This document shows, piece by piece, positions 37,976-46,122 of a stretch of DNA of 64,000 nucleotides (position 1 is the first letter of the stretch; every line of letters begins with the position of its first letter). The notes under the pieces are model-generated. The model saw only the letters and a program-made list of their open reading frames with translations. It searched no databases and was not told where the DNA came from. Source of the DNA: Candidatus Omnitrophota bacterium (GTDB lineage: Bacteria; Omnitrophota; Gorgyraeia; Gygaellales; Profunditerraquicolaceae); the NCBI GenBank assembly GCA_043809145.1, contig JAZDED010000033.1:18196-82195 (forward strand), given 5' to 3'. A program made the position numbers and the translations under genes.

Positions 37976-38545
37976 TTATTTTAACAACACAACGTTATCT
38001 ATATATAAAGCGCCGCTTTTATTTTCTACATTCCATTCTTCTAAAATAAATGCCAGGTTCAACATGTCTGTCCAATCGGTTATGCCCTTAAAATCATCCA
38101 TGAGTATCCGGTATGCTTTCCAGCGAAATGGTATATTCTTAAGATAGAGCTCTGACTTCTCCTTAAAGGAATTGACAAATTCAGTCCTCACAGACACATT
38201 ATCCTTAAGGTCACTCTTTCTAAATGAAACCCCTAAGTATTTGTATTTACTTAAGTTTAATCCTTTTAAATTTATGGCGTATATTTGTTTCTTACCTGGG
38301 TCAAATTTAAACCCAACCTTAACCGAATCTGACAGAAGCACATAGGTGGACTCTGTGTTTATTGGGTTACTCCGCACCTGGGCAATAGTAAAATAGAGCG
38401 ATAACGCCAATAATATAATAAGGATAAAGCTCGGATATAAATATTTGTATTTTGTTTTAGGCGGAGAGACAACTTCATTCTTTTTTTTTAACGAATTATC
38501 GAGATAAACATTTGCCAGGTGTTCGTAGATATCCTGTTTGTTCAT
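37976..38545 (-). CDS. hypothetical single-pass membrane-anchored protein, possible beta-sandwich (CBM-like) ectodomain
   Basis: TM helix [21 protein letters not shown]. The C-terminal ...[19 protein letters not shown] resembles the last strand of carbohydrate-binding beta-sandwiches (weak). Confidence 0.4.
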   Translation of the reverse strand: MNKQDIYEHLANVYLDNSLKKKNEVVSPPKTKYKYLYPSFILIILLALSLYFTIAQVRSNPINTESTYVLLSDSVKVGFKFDPGKKQIYAINLKGLNLSKYKYLGVSFRKSDLKDNVSVRTEFVNSFKEKSELYLKNIPFRWKAYRILMDDFKGITDWTDMLNLAFILEEWNVENKSGALYIDNVVLLK

Positions 38546-38594
38546 ATTGCCATAAGTATATCACAGAGCTTTACCAAATGTCAACATTTTCGTA

Positions 38595-40154
38595 TCAAGC
38601 AACCAAAGGATGATGTAAATACTCCGGAACAGCTTTACCTATAAGTTTGTAAAAATTCTCTAGATGCATGCGGTATAAATAATCAAAGCTCGCTTCATTA
38701 TCTCCGTACCACCAAAACCAGTCACTGCCTTCTAAGATATACATCTGTTTCCAAGCCAAGTCTGGAATTACCTTACCCTCATCTTCCAGTTTCTTGATTT
38801 CTTTTCTTGCTGCGGCCAACCACTCCCAAGCCTTAACTTTATGGGGATTGCCGATCCATTTACCAAACTCCCCGTATATCCAGGAGCCGGCAGCCAGGCG
38901 CTTGATATTCCTTTTTTTAGCTTTGGGGTTGTTTTCAAAATATTTTTTGAGAGTTGTAGTCTTTACAAAATCCGTTTCCATTAATCTTTGATATAAAAGA
39001 TTCAGGAAATCATGCCCGTCATTAGCGTAATATTCCCAGGCATTCTCACCATCCATAGCAATTACTACCAGTATGTCCTCTTTTTTGAAAGCGGAATTAA
39101 TATTCTCTAAATGCCGCATAAAATCCGTAACTGCATCATTAGCTTTCCAGGTATGATATATAAAACCCAGCATGTCGGACAAATTCCTATCGCGGAAAAT
39201 TATATTTAACTCCCCCTCCTCTCTCTTTAATATATATGGCTGATAGAGTAACCGGGTGTCTCTTTTCTTTGCTTTTAGCGATTTAAAAAGTATAGCCTCA
39301 TCCGTAACTATCCATTTAACCTCGGATTCAATGATAAAGGGGAGAATGTGCTCACTAACCGCTTCCTCTGAAGGCCACATCCCAGTCAGGCTATCCCCAA
39401 ATCTTGCGTGGTAAAACTCTACCGCCATATCTATCTGGGCCTTAGCATCAGAAGGATAAGCGAATAATTCCTTAGGCAAGACAGTCTTATTATTGGCCTC
39501 CCGGGCAATGCGGTTATTGTAAAGTAACGGCAGTATGGGATGGTAATACGGGCTGACAGTCACCTCTACCTGTCCTTTATCCACGAATTGTTTATAACAC
39601 GGGATAATCGAATTTAATAGTTTAAGGTGCGCATCTAAAACATGGTTCTTATCATCTTCGTTAAAGAACCTGGCTTTCTGGATTATTTTTTGCAAGCCAG
39701 GATCGCTATCTCTAAAAATCGGGTCAATCCAACTTAAATTAAACCATACCACCAAGTCCAGGTAATCTTTTAACTGAAAATCCTTTCCTGCCTGTTTCAT
39801 ATAATAAAGTTCCAGGTAACGCGGATGCATATCAATTACCTTGGACCGATTAATCATAAAAAAATTATCTTTAATAAAATTCTTCTCTTGCGCATTCAAA
39901 TCCACGTTTTCTTTACGGGACAACTCCAGGAATTTATCTTTTACCTTTCCCTGGCCATAGTCTTCAATTTGTTCAACCAGAGACGGAACTAAATTAAAAG
40001 TCTGTTGGATGCCGGGATACTTTTCCAGGATCTTGACCATATCCAGATAATCCTTGGTGCCGTGCAAACGCACCCAAGGAAGGCCGGATTCCTGGGTCAG
40101 GAGGTTTTTATAATACGGCTGGTGCATATGGAATATAAAGGCGAGATTAAGCAT
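38595..40154 (-). CDS. glycoside hydrolase family 57 alpha-glucan enzyme (amylase/glucanotransferase/branching type). An alternative upstream ATG lies at 40202.
   Basis: LAFIFHMHQPYY, HGTKDY, VSPYYHPILPLL, GMWPSEEAVSE (nucleophile Glu block), IAMDGENAWEY (acid/base Asp block) and GSDWFWWYG. Confidence 0.85.
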   Translation of the reverse strand: MLNLAFIFHMHQPYYKNLLTQESGLPWVRLHGTKDYLDMVKILEKYPGIQQTFNLVPSLVEQIEDYGQGKVKDKFLELSRKENVDLNAQEKNFIKDNFFMINRSKVIDMHPRYLELYYMKQAGKDFQLKDYLDLVVWFNLSWIDPIFRDSDPGLQKIIQKARFFNEDDKNHVLDAHLKLLNSIIPCYKQFVDKGQVEVTVSPYYHPILPLLYNNRIAREANNKTVLPKELFAYPSDAKAQIDMAVEFYHARFGDSLTGMWPSEEAVSEHILPFIIESEVKWIVTDEAILFKSLKAKKRDTRLLYQPYILKREEGELNIIFRDRNLSDMLGFIYHTWKANDAVTDFMRHLENINSAFKKEDILVVIAMDGENAWEYYANDGHDFLNLLYQRLMETDFVKTTTLKKYFENNPKAKKRNIKRLAAGSWIYGEFGKWIGNPHKVKAWEWLAAARKEIKKLEDEGKVIPDLAWKQMYILEGSDWFWWYGDNEASFDYLYRMHLENFYKLIGKAVPEYLHHPLVA

Positions 40155-40234
40155 GGAATTATAATGTCGTTTGATAATGCCGACTTTTACAAAATTCGGC
40201 ATATTCGTCTTTAATTGTAAAACGCTATGGACGA

Positions 40235-40268
40235 ATAAAAAACCCCTGAGGGATTGCTCCCCCAGGGG
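40235..40268 (-). terminator. intrinsic terminator after the porin-like gene
   Basis: The minus strand reads CCCCTGGGGGAGCAATCCCTCAGGGG followed by TTTTTT. Confidence 0.55.
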
Positions 40269-40292
40269 TCATTTAATTACATAAAAGAATAC

Positions 40293-41606
40293 TTAGAACG
40301 CTACTTTCATTGAACCGATCAACTGGGTTGCGTCATTATTAGCATCCTGAAATGCTTTACCTGGTTTAAACCAACCCCAATTAAGCGCCATCTGGACATC
40401 TTCTGTGTAGTCATAGGTTGCAGATAAGTCAAGTTCCTGTCCGGCTTCTTTATCATCATTAAACATCAGGGTCTGGCCGGTATAAATATTGGTAAAGCTC
40501 GCCCTTTTGGATGTAAGATAATACAAACCTAAGTTGGCCTTAAGAGCAAGGTCATCCTTTGGTTTTAATTTGCCGTAAACATTAAAGACTGCAACGTTGG
40601 TGCCGGCAAATATGGCATTGGTGAGATCATTGGGTGCCTGGCCTTCAAACATAGGGTCCCACTCCGCGTGTGTATTATCCGTAGCTGATTGGTCACCGGA
40701 TAAATAGGTATAAGCAACTCCTACCATGGGATCCAGCTTGGTCTTGAACATGTAATCAGCCATGGCCTGTATGGCAAATGCGCGGCGCCTGGTGGCGGCA
40801 TCTGTGGCAGTAGATCTAAAAGCACCAAACTGATATGCAAATTCCAACGAAGTCATTAATTTTTCAATAGGATTAACTGCCAATAAAGCACCTATGGTGT
40901 AGAACTTCTCTTTCTTGCCTAGGCCATTCTTATCATTCTTGGCATAGAAGTAACCGTCAACAGAAGTCTTGTTATCAATAACATAATGAGCATTTAATCC
41001 AGCAACATCCACATCATCGCTAACATTCCTGGTGTTCTCTTCTGCCTTGGCATAAATCAAATCCACCATCAGGGGGTCATAGTTCAATGTTGCCCTGATC
41101 GCGTCAAACGCTTTTCTTAGGCTTAAATCATTAGGCACATTGGAAGCCTTGGTAGTAGAAAAATCGTAGTAATTTGTGCCATCAGCAATAATCAGACCTT
41201 TGCCGAAAAATATCTCCTGTCGCCCTAAGGTCAAGGTCAAAGGAGAATACAGGAACTCTTTTAAGGTAATATAGGCAAGGTCAATATCGATATTGTTGGT
41301 ATTATTGGTTGCAGTATTAACTGAATTCTGTTCACCCCAAAGACGCTCATTGATCAATCTCATGGTAGTAGAGACATTATCCGTTAAATCAGCATCCACT
41401 TTCACGCGCACCTGCGAAGAGATAAAACTTTCACGATAATCGCGCTCATTGGCAGTTGAGCCTGCCTTAAGACGAAAATCATCGCGGGAAACTCCCTGCA
41501 TCAAGATATCTCCGCCAACTTTCACATTCTGTACCTCAGCATAAGCATTAAAGAATAATCCCACTACAAATGCCAGGGTCAAGGTTAATATTAATCGCTT
41601 ATTCAT
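40293..41606 (-). CDS. outer-membrane beta-barrel (porin-like) protein
   Basis: Signal peptide ...FFNAYA. Alternating amphipathic beta-strand pattern, many aromatic girdle residues and C-terminal ...MKVAF. Confidence 0.6.
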   Translation of the reverse strand: MNKRLILTLTLAFVVGLFFNAYAEVQNVKVGGDILMQGVSRDDFRLKAGSTANERDYRESFISSQVRVKVDADLTDNVSTTMRLINERLWGEQNSVNTATNNTNNIDIDLAYITLKEFLYSPLTLTLGRQEIFFGKGLIIADGTNYYDFSTTKASNVPNDLSLRKAFDAIRATLNYDPLMVDLIYAKAEENTRNVSDDVDVAGLNAHYVIDNKTSVDGYFYAKNDKNGLGKKEKFYTIGALLAVNPIEKLMTSLEFAYQFGAFRSTATDAATRRRAFAIQAMADYMFKTKLDPMVGVAYTYLSGDQSATDNTHAEWDPMFEGQAPNDLTNAIFAGTNVAVFNVYGKLKPKDDLALKANLGLYYLTSKRASFTNIYTGQTLMFNDDKEAGQELDLSATYDYTEDVQMALNWGWFKPGKAFQDANNDATQLIGSMKVAF

Positions 41607-41803
41607 GTTTTACTCCTCCTTTTTCTACTACTTTTACCATCATTTTTTTGATTTATATTTATAGGTTACCCTAAGAGAAATGTAAGGACTGCTACTTTTA
41701 AATTTGTCTTTATTTTATCCCTATGCACCCCCTTCGCACTCGCTGTATATTATTGTTTTTTTTATCATATATGCGGATGTTTGTCAAGCATTTTTTAGCG
41801 CTC

Positions 41804-42165
41804 CTACACCTTCAACAGCCTCCGGGCATTACCGGAAAATATGCCTTGAGTTAACCCTGGAGATAAACACAAGCCCCGCAGGTAATCTATGTCTTTCTTT
41901 TGATCTGCCAAAGGAAAATCCGTGCCAAAAAGCAAACGGTCTGGGCGATGTTTTAATATGAGGCAACGAGTCCTGCTTTTAGATAAAAAACCCAGGAAGA
42001 AATGGAAAAAACCTTCTTGTCATCAATATAAAAATTCTGAAATTCCGGCTGAAATTTAACTCCGTCTGCTCTTTCCTTTATTCTCTCTAATTCCCTGCAT
42101 TTTGACCTTAAAAAATTTTTCCAATTGACTCTTGGCTTTGAGCGATATCTTGACCGGCCAGGCAT
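41804..42165 (-). pseudogene. remnant of an amidohydrolase (Amidohydro_2/TIM-barrel metal hydrolase) gene, internally deleted and frameshifted
   Basis: The minus frame from ~41955 to the stop at 41804 reads ILKHRPDRLLFGTDFPLADQKKDIDYL...GNARRLLKV. ORF 41953-42165 carries GVKFQPEFQNFYIDDKKVF. The ~100 aa normally separating these blocks are missing. Confidence 0.45.
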
Positions 42166-42208
42166 GAGTATGGATATTAATTATCATAAAATTTTCCGTT
42201 AATCTTTT

Positions 42209-42838
42209 CTAAAACTTCCTTATTGCTCCCAGGATAAACCAAAAACCAAAAAAAAGCAATAATACAGAGCATGTCCCGATTATCCCGGATTGAACTTTAA
42301 GACTCCAAAGTCTACGGGACTTAAAAGCGGCCCAGGAGACTGTCAGATAACAGATAGCATCGCAACACCAATGAGTAAAGGCAAATAGAATAAACCCCCT
42401 TATGCCAAACCTGCGCGTATTCAATACTAAAGCCGCGCCTATAGTTGACCACCATATTAAAAAATAAGGGTTAGCAGCTGTACTTAACAATCCGGCAAAC
42501 ATGGATCCGTAAGGGCTATCCTTAAGTAACCTATAATCCTGGCTTCTATTAATAAACATGTTAATGCCCATAACAATGAGCATAACTCCGCCAGATATGC
42601 TGATAATCTTTTGCACAATATTCAAGCCAAATATTCGGCTCATTCCAGCATATAGGAGAACCATTAGGGGGATTTCAATAAGCCCGTGGCCCAGGGATAA
42701 AAATAGGCCGCTAAACTTATTCCTTTGACCTTTGGTTAATGCAAGCGCAAAAACAGGTCCGGGCATGAGGGCCCCGGAAAGAGAAATGACAAAAACAGAA
42801 AAAAGAAATACAACTAACTCCTGCGGAGAATTGGACAT
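42209..42838 (-). CDS. LysE/RhtB-family amino acid exporter
   Basis: SGALMPGPVFALALTKG and six TM helices. Confidence 0.8.
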   Translation of the reverse strand: MSNSPQELVVFLFSVFVISLSGALMPGPVFALALTKGQRNKFSGLFLSLGHGLIEIPLMVLLYAGMSRIFGLNIVQKIISISGGVMLIVMGINMFINRSQDYRLLKDSPYGSMFAGLLSTAANPYFLIWWSTIGAALVLNTRRFGIRGFILFAFTHWCCDAICYLTVSWAAFKSRRLWSLKVQSGIIGTCSVLLLFFGFWFILGAIRKF

Positions 42839-42850
42839 GCTCTATCTTAA

Positions 42851-43315
42851 TTACTTTACAATCTGCCTATCCCTATTTTTCCTGATTATATTCTGGGATT
42901 TAGGTCCCAAAGATATGGATACGGTTATATACTTACCTTTAACAGAGAGGGTTACAATACAGGTCTCATTTTCCTTATCAAAGTTAAGCATTCTTTCACC
43001 GTATTCCACAATATTGATAAGATTCCAGTTATACATCATCATCTGCTCTTTGTAAAAATTAACTAACTGGTCGGGATTAGCCTTACCAAGGTACTTTAAA
43101 AGGCCAACCCGGGTAACTCCGCTTTCAAAGGAATATGAACCATTAGTTAACTGCCTAAAACCTGCAGGAACCGGTATATCGGTAAATTTCAACATAACTC
43201 CTGGCTCTAATAATGTGCCATCCTTAGTCATACTAGACTTATCTAAGGTAGTGGCGCAACCTAAAAAAACCAACAGGCTTAAACATAATAAGAAAAAAAG
43301 GAACCTTTTACACAT
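42851..43315 (-). CDS. hypothetical lipoprotein
   Basis: MCKRFLFFLLCLSLLVFLGC lipobox. ATG at 43315 is preferred over 43351. Confidence 0.5.
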   Translation of the reverse strand: MCKRFLFFLLCLSLLVFLGCATTLDKSSMTKDGTLLEPGVMLKFTDIPVPAGFRQLTNGSYSFESGVTRVGLLKYLGKANPDQLVNFYKEQMMMYNWNLINIVEYGERMLNFDKENETCIVTLSVKGKYITVSISLGPKSQNIIRKNRDRQIVK

Positions 43316-43967
43316 TATACATCCCCCTTTCTTTAAGAAAAAAATCCACATTTTGATTAATTTTAACTATCTCTTTTTTATTTAAACCTGCTTTCTTTCC
43401 TATATATAACAAATTCTCAAAATTAATAATATCCTCCGGTCTATGGCTATCCGTACTAAAAATAAGATTGGCTCCAAACTTTAAGGCTTTTCTTACAACC
43501 AGGTTGTTAGTCCGGCAGTGGCCGGGACGGCTGGTTATTTCAAGGAAAACTCCCCTCTCCTTTGCCAAAACCACATCCTCATCATTAATATTTCCCGGAT
43601 GGGCTAATATATCAATATCCGAAAGCAACGCCATCCTATTCGTACCCTTTACCACCGGCTCCACCGGGCTTTCACCATGAGCGACGATAATCTTGGCTCC
43701 TTTTTTGCGGGCATATTCAGCTAAGGGTTTAAACTGAACAGGCGGTAAATGTGTCAATTCTACTCCCGGAATAACACAAATTTGAGAATCTAAAGGCCAG
43801 TGCCTGGTAAATTCAGATATTGCTTGAATAATAGAATCAATATTACTGTAATCGGCGTGGTCTGTAATCCCTAAAATCTTGTACCCTTGGGCTTGATATC
43901 GCATCGCCAATTCCGAAGGAAGCAAACATCCGTCACTTAATAATGAGTGGCTATGCAAATTATACAT
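43308..43967 (-). CDS. PHP-domain metal-dependent phosphoesterase
   Basis: YNLHSHSLLSDG, GITDHAD and VAHGESP. Confidence 0.75.
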   Translation of the reverse strand: MYNLHSHSLLSDGCLLPSELAMRYQAQGYKILGITDHADYSNIDSIIQAISEFTRHWPLDSQICVIPGVELTHLPPVQFKPLAEYARKKGAKIIVAHGESPVEPVVKGTNRMALLSDIDILAHPGNINDEDVVLAKERGVFLEITSRPGHCRTNNLVVRKALKFGANLIFSTDSHRPEDIINFENLLYIGKKAGLNKKEIVKINQNVDFFLKERGMYNV

Positions 43968-44055
43968 TGAGCACCTTAATACGCCTGCCGAGGGCAGGCA
44001 TTAAACGAAACTTCGACGTAGTCGAAGCTAGAGCGCCTTAAAGTACGAAAACAAA

Positions 44056-44185
44056 CCATTGATCTTCCTGCCTATAAACTTAACCCAATGGCATAGATAT
44101 CGACTATGACCTAATCTAGAAATTTCTACTGCCATTGTGCGATTTCGAGCGACTAAACTATAGAAATCGTGCGCCTGGCAGGAAT
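44056..44185. repeat. direct repeat copy 1 (130 nt), ending with a copy of the last 16 nt of tRNA-Arg
   Basis: Matches 44324-44452. The last 77 nt are identical, including TGCGCCTGGCAGGAAT, and there are about 6 differences in the first ~55 nt. Confidence 0.85.
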
Positions 44186-44200
44186 GGAGCACAAAAAGCT

Positions 44201-44324
44201 TTTGTTTAGTCCGAAATACCCCGCAGGGGAACGAACACCTTAATCCTTTATCCAGGGTGAAATACCCCGGAGGGGTACGAACACCCCCTTTATCCAGGGT
44301 GAAATACCCCGGAGGGGTACGAAC
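44201..44324. repeat. three tandem ~42-nt repeats, each with a TACCCC-GGA-GGGGTA hairpin
   Basis: TTTATCCAGGGTGAAATACCCCGGAGGGGTACGAAC(ACC) starts at 44247 and 44289. A degenerate copy lies at 44201 (TTTGTTTAGTCCGAAATACCCCGCAGGGGAACGAACACC). Confidence 0.85.
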
Positions 44325-44452
44325 CATTGGTCTTCCTGCCTGTAACTTAACCTAATGGCTTAGATATCGACTATTACCTAATCTAGAAATTTCTACTGCC
44401 ATTGTGCGATTTCGAGCGACTAAACTATAGAAATCGTGCGCCTGGCAGGAAT
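44324..44452. repeat. direct repeat copy 2 (129 nt), running into the 3' end of tRNA-Arg
   Basis: See copy 1. Nucleotides 44437-44452 are the genuine tRNA 3' end. Confidence 0.85.
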
Positions 44453-44510
44453 CGAACCTGCCGCCCGCGGTTTAGGAAACCGCTGCTCTATCCTTATGAG
44501 CTACAGGCGC
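44437..44510 (-). tRNA. tRNA-Arg (anticodon CCT)
   Basis: The reverse complement GCGCCTG-TA-GCTC-ATAAGGATA-GAGC-A-GCGGT-TTCCTAA-ACCGC-GGGCG-GCAGG-TTCGATT-CCTGC-CAGGCGC-A folds as a cloverleaf. CCA is not encoded. Confidence 0.9.
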
Positions 44511-44705
44511 GTAGTCTAATCGCATCCGCCGTGTCCCCTGCGCTTAAATTTACACAGTAAATTTACAGGGGGCTAGGCGCTCAACTTCTATCACTTACTT
44601 ACATGAAGTTCACTCCGAAAACTGCAGACAAATCTAGAGCATATTAACGCAACAAATAGTTTTCGGAGCAACCGCTATTTCGCATCCGCCGTGTCCTAAA
44701 AAAAA

Positions 44706-45236
44706 TTATTTCCCGTGGAATTTTATCAAAGAATGAACAGAGTGAACTCTTAGATTCTGCCGGCCTTTTAGGTCTACTAACTCAACCAAACAAACAATAC
44801 CGAATATTTTACCCCGTAACTGCCGAACAAGCTCCGTAACCGCCTTCATTGTACCTCCGGTAGCCAATAGATCATCTACAATCAATACTTTAGCTCCTGG
44901 AGTAATCGCATCTTTGTGGATTTCTAAAGTATCTGTCCCATACTCTAATTCATAAGAAGCGGAAATTGTCTCAGAGGGAAGTTTACCTTTCTTACGTACC
45001 GGTACGAATCCTGCGCCTAATTTATAAGCTAACGCGCTTCCAAATATAAAACCGCGCGATTCAACAGCAACCACCAGGTTAATCTTCTTCTTTTTATACT
45101 TCCTTACCATCTCATCCACAGAAGCACGAAACGCCTCAGGATCTTTAAGAAGAGTAGTGATATCCCTGAATAATATCCCCTGCTTGGGAAAATCAGGTAT
45201 GCTTCTTATATGAGACTCCAGATTTATTCTGCTCAT
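44706..45236 (-). CDS. apt: adenine phosphoribosyltransferase
   Basis: [18 protein letters not shown] and [13 protein letters not shown]. Confidence 0.9.
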   Translation of the reverse strand: MSRINLESHIRSIPDFPKQGILFRDITTLLKDPEAFRASVDEMVRKYKKKKINLVVAVESRGFIFGSALAYKLGAGFVPVRKKGKLPSETISASYELEYGTDTLEIHKDAITPGAKVLIVDDLLATGGTMKAVTELVRQLRGKIFGIVCLVELVDLKGRQNLRVHSVHSLIKFHGK

Positions 45237-46045
45237 CGCCTCCCCTCCTGATTAACAAATCTTCTTAATTTAGCAAGAGCTTCCGCTTCAATTTGACGCA
45301 CTCGTTCGCGCGATATTCCTAATCTTTTAGCCAGTTCTCTTAGGGTGTAGATCTTGCTTTTAACCAACCCGAAGCGCATATCCAATATTTTCTTTTCACG
45401 CTTAGTCATCAAGCCCAGCAGATCATTAACCCTCTCCTTATCCATTACTCTTTTGACCTCAGTATCAGGAGAAGCAACTGTCTGATCTTCGATTAAATCC
45501 GAAACGCGGCTCTCCTCTTCTTCACCGATGGGCGATTCCAAAGAAGAAGTCGTACTGGTAAGCCAGAATTTAATCTCATCAATATCATTCGCGGATAATT
45601 TCAGGCGTTTGGCAATTTCCTGATCATCCGGATCGCGTTTAAAACGTTGAGAAAAACCTTCTCTTATTTTCTTCCATTTAGTTATCCTCTCATTGATGTA
45701 TACAGGTAAACGCACCATCTTACCCTGCTGGCTTATAGACCGTATGATGCCCTGCCTTATCCACCAGGCCGCATAGGTCGAAAACCTGTAACCTTTCTTA
45801 TGGTCGAATTTATCCACCGCGCGCATTAAACCGAGATTACCCTCTTCAATAAGGTCCAAAAGGGGTATTCCAAGGTGAGAATACTTTTTAGCAATATTAA
45901 TTACCAGGCGAAGATTTGAACGAATCATTTCTTTACGCGCCTTCTCATCGCCCTTCTTTATTCGCTTGCTTAACTCCACCTCCTGTAAGGGGGTGAGCAG
46001 AGATTCTTTTCTGACATCTTGGAGATAAACTTTTAAGGCTTCCAT
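45233..46045 (-). CDS. sigma-70 family RNA polymerase sigma factor (compact RpoD/RpoS-like)
   Basis: [46 protein letters not shown] and region 4 [23 protein letters not shown]. Confidence 0.85.
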   Translation of the reverse strand: MEALKVYLQDVRKESLLTPLQEVELSKRIKKGDEKARKEMIRSNLRLVINIAKKYSHLGIPLLDLIEEGNLGLMRAVDKFDHKKGYRFSTYAAWWIRQGIIRSISQQGKMVRLPVYINERITKWKKIREGFSQRFKRDPDDQEIAKRLKLSANDIDEIKFWLTSTTSSLESPIGEEEESRVSDLIEDQTVASPDTEVKRVMDKERVNDLLGLMTKREKKILDMRFGLVKSKIYTLRELAKRLGISRERVRQIEAEALAKLRRFVNQEGRR

Positions 46046-46122
46046 AGTTTTTCCTTAGAATAATCTTAGGTACATGCGTAGGTAAAGGCAGAGAATGATA
46101 ATCTTTACCTTTATCTACACCT

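Noticed and set aside
41704-41961. 85-aa plus-strand ORF upstream of the LysE gene region
   Set aside because: The opposite strand in the same interval encodes the recognisable amidohydrolase C-terminal motif DRLLFGTDFP, and the plus-strand product has no features.
43968-44055. Two short hairpins (GCCTGCC-GAG-GGCAGGC at 43981-43997; CTTCGAC-GTA-GTCGAAG at 44011-44027) as a riboswitch upstream of the PHP gene
   Set aside because: They are too short and simple to assign to any riboswitch class. They probably belong to the same kind of tri-loop intergenic hairpins seen elsewhere, or act as terminators of the tRNA transcript.
44201-44324. Possible miniature CRISPR array (regularly spaced palindromic repeats)
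   Set aside because: The period is only 42-46 nt. The sequence between the hairpin cores is itself repeated, so there are no unique spacers. There are only 3 units and no cas genes in the window.
44028-44327. 99-aa minus-strand ORF with the internal repeat VRTPPGYFTLDKG
   Set aside because: It is generated by translating through the 42-nt tandem repeats and the long direct repeat. It has no RBS and no recognisable fold, so it is treated as non-coding.
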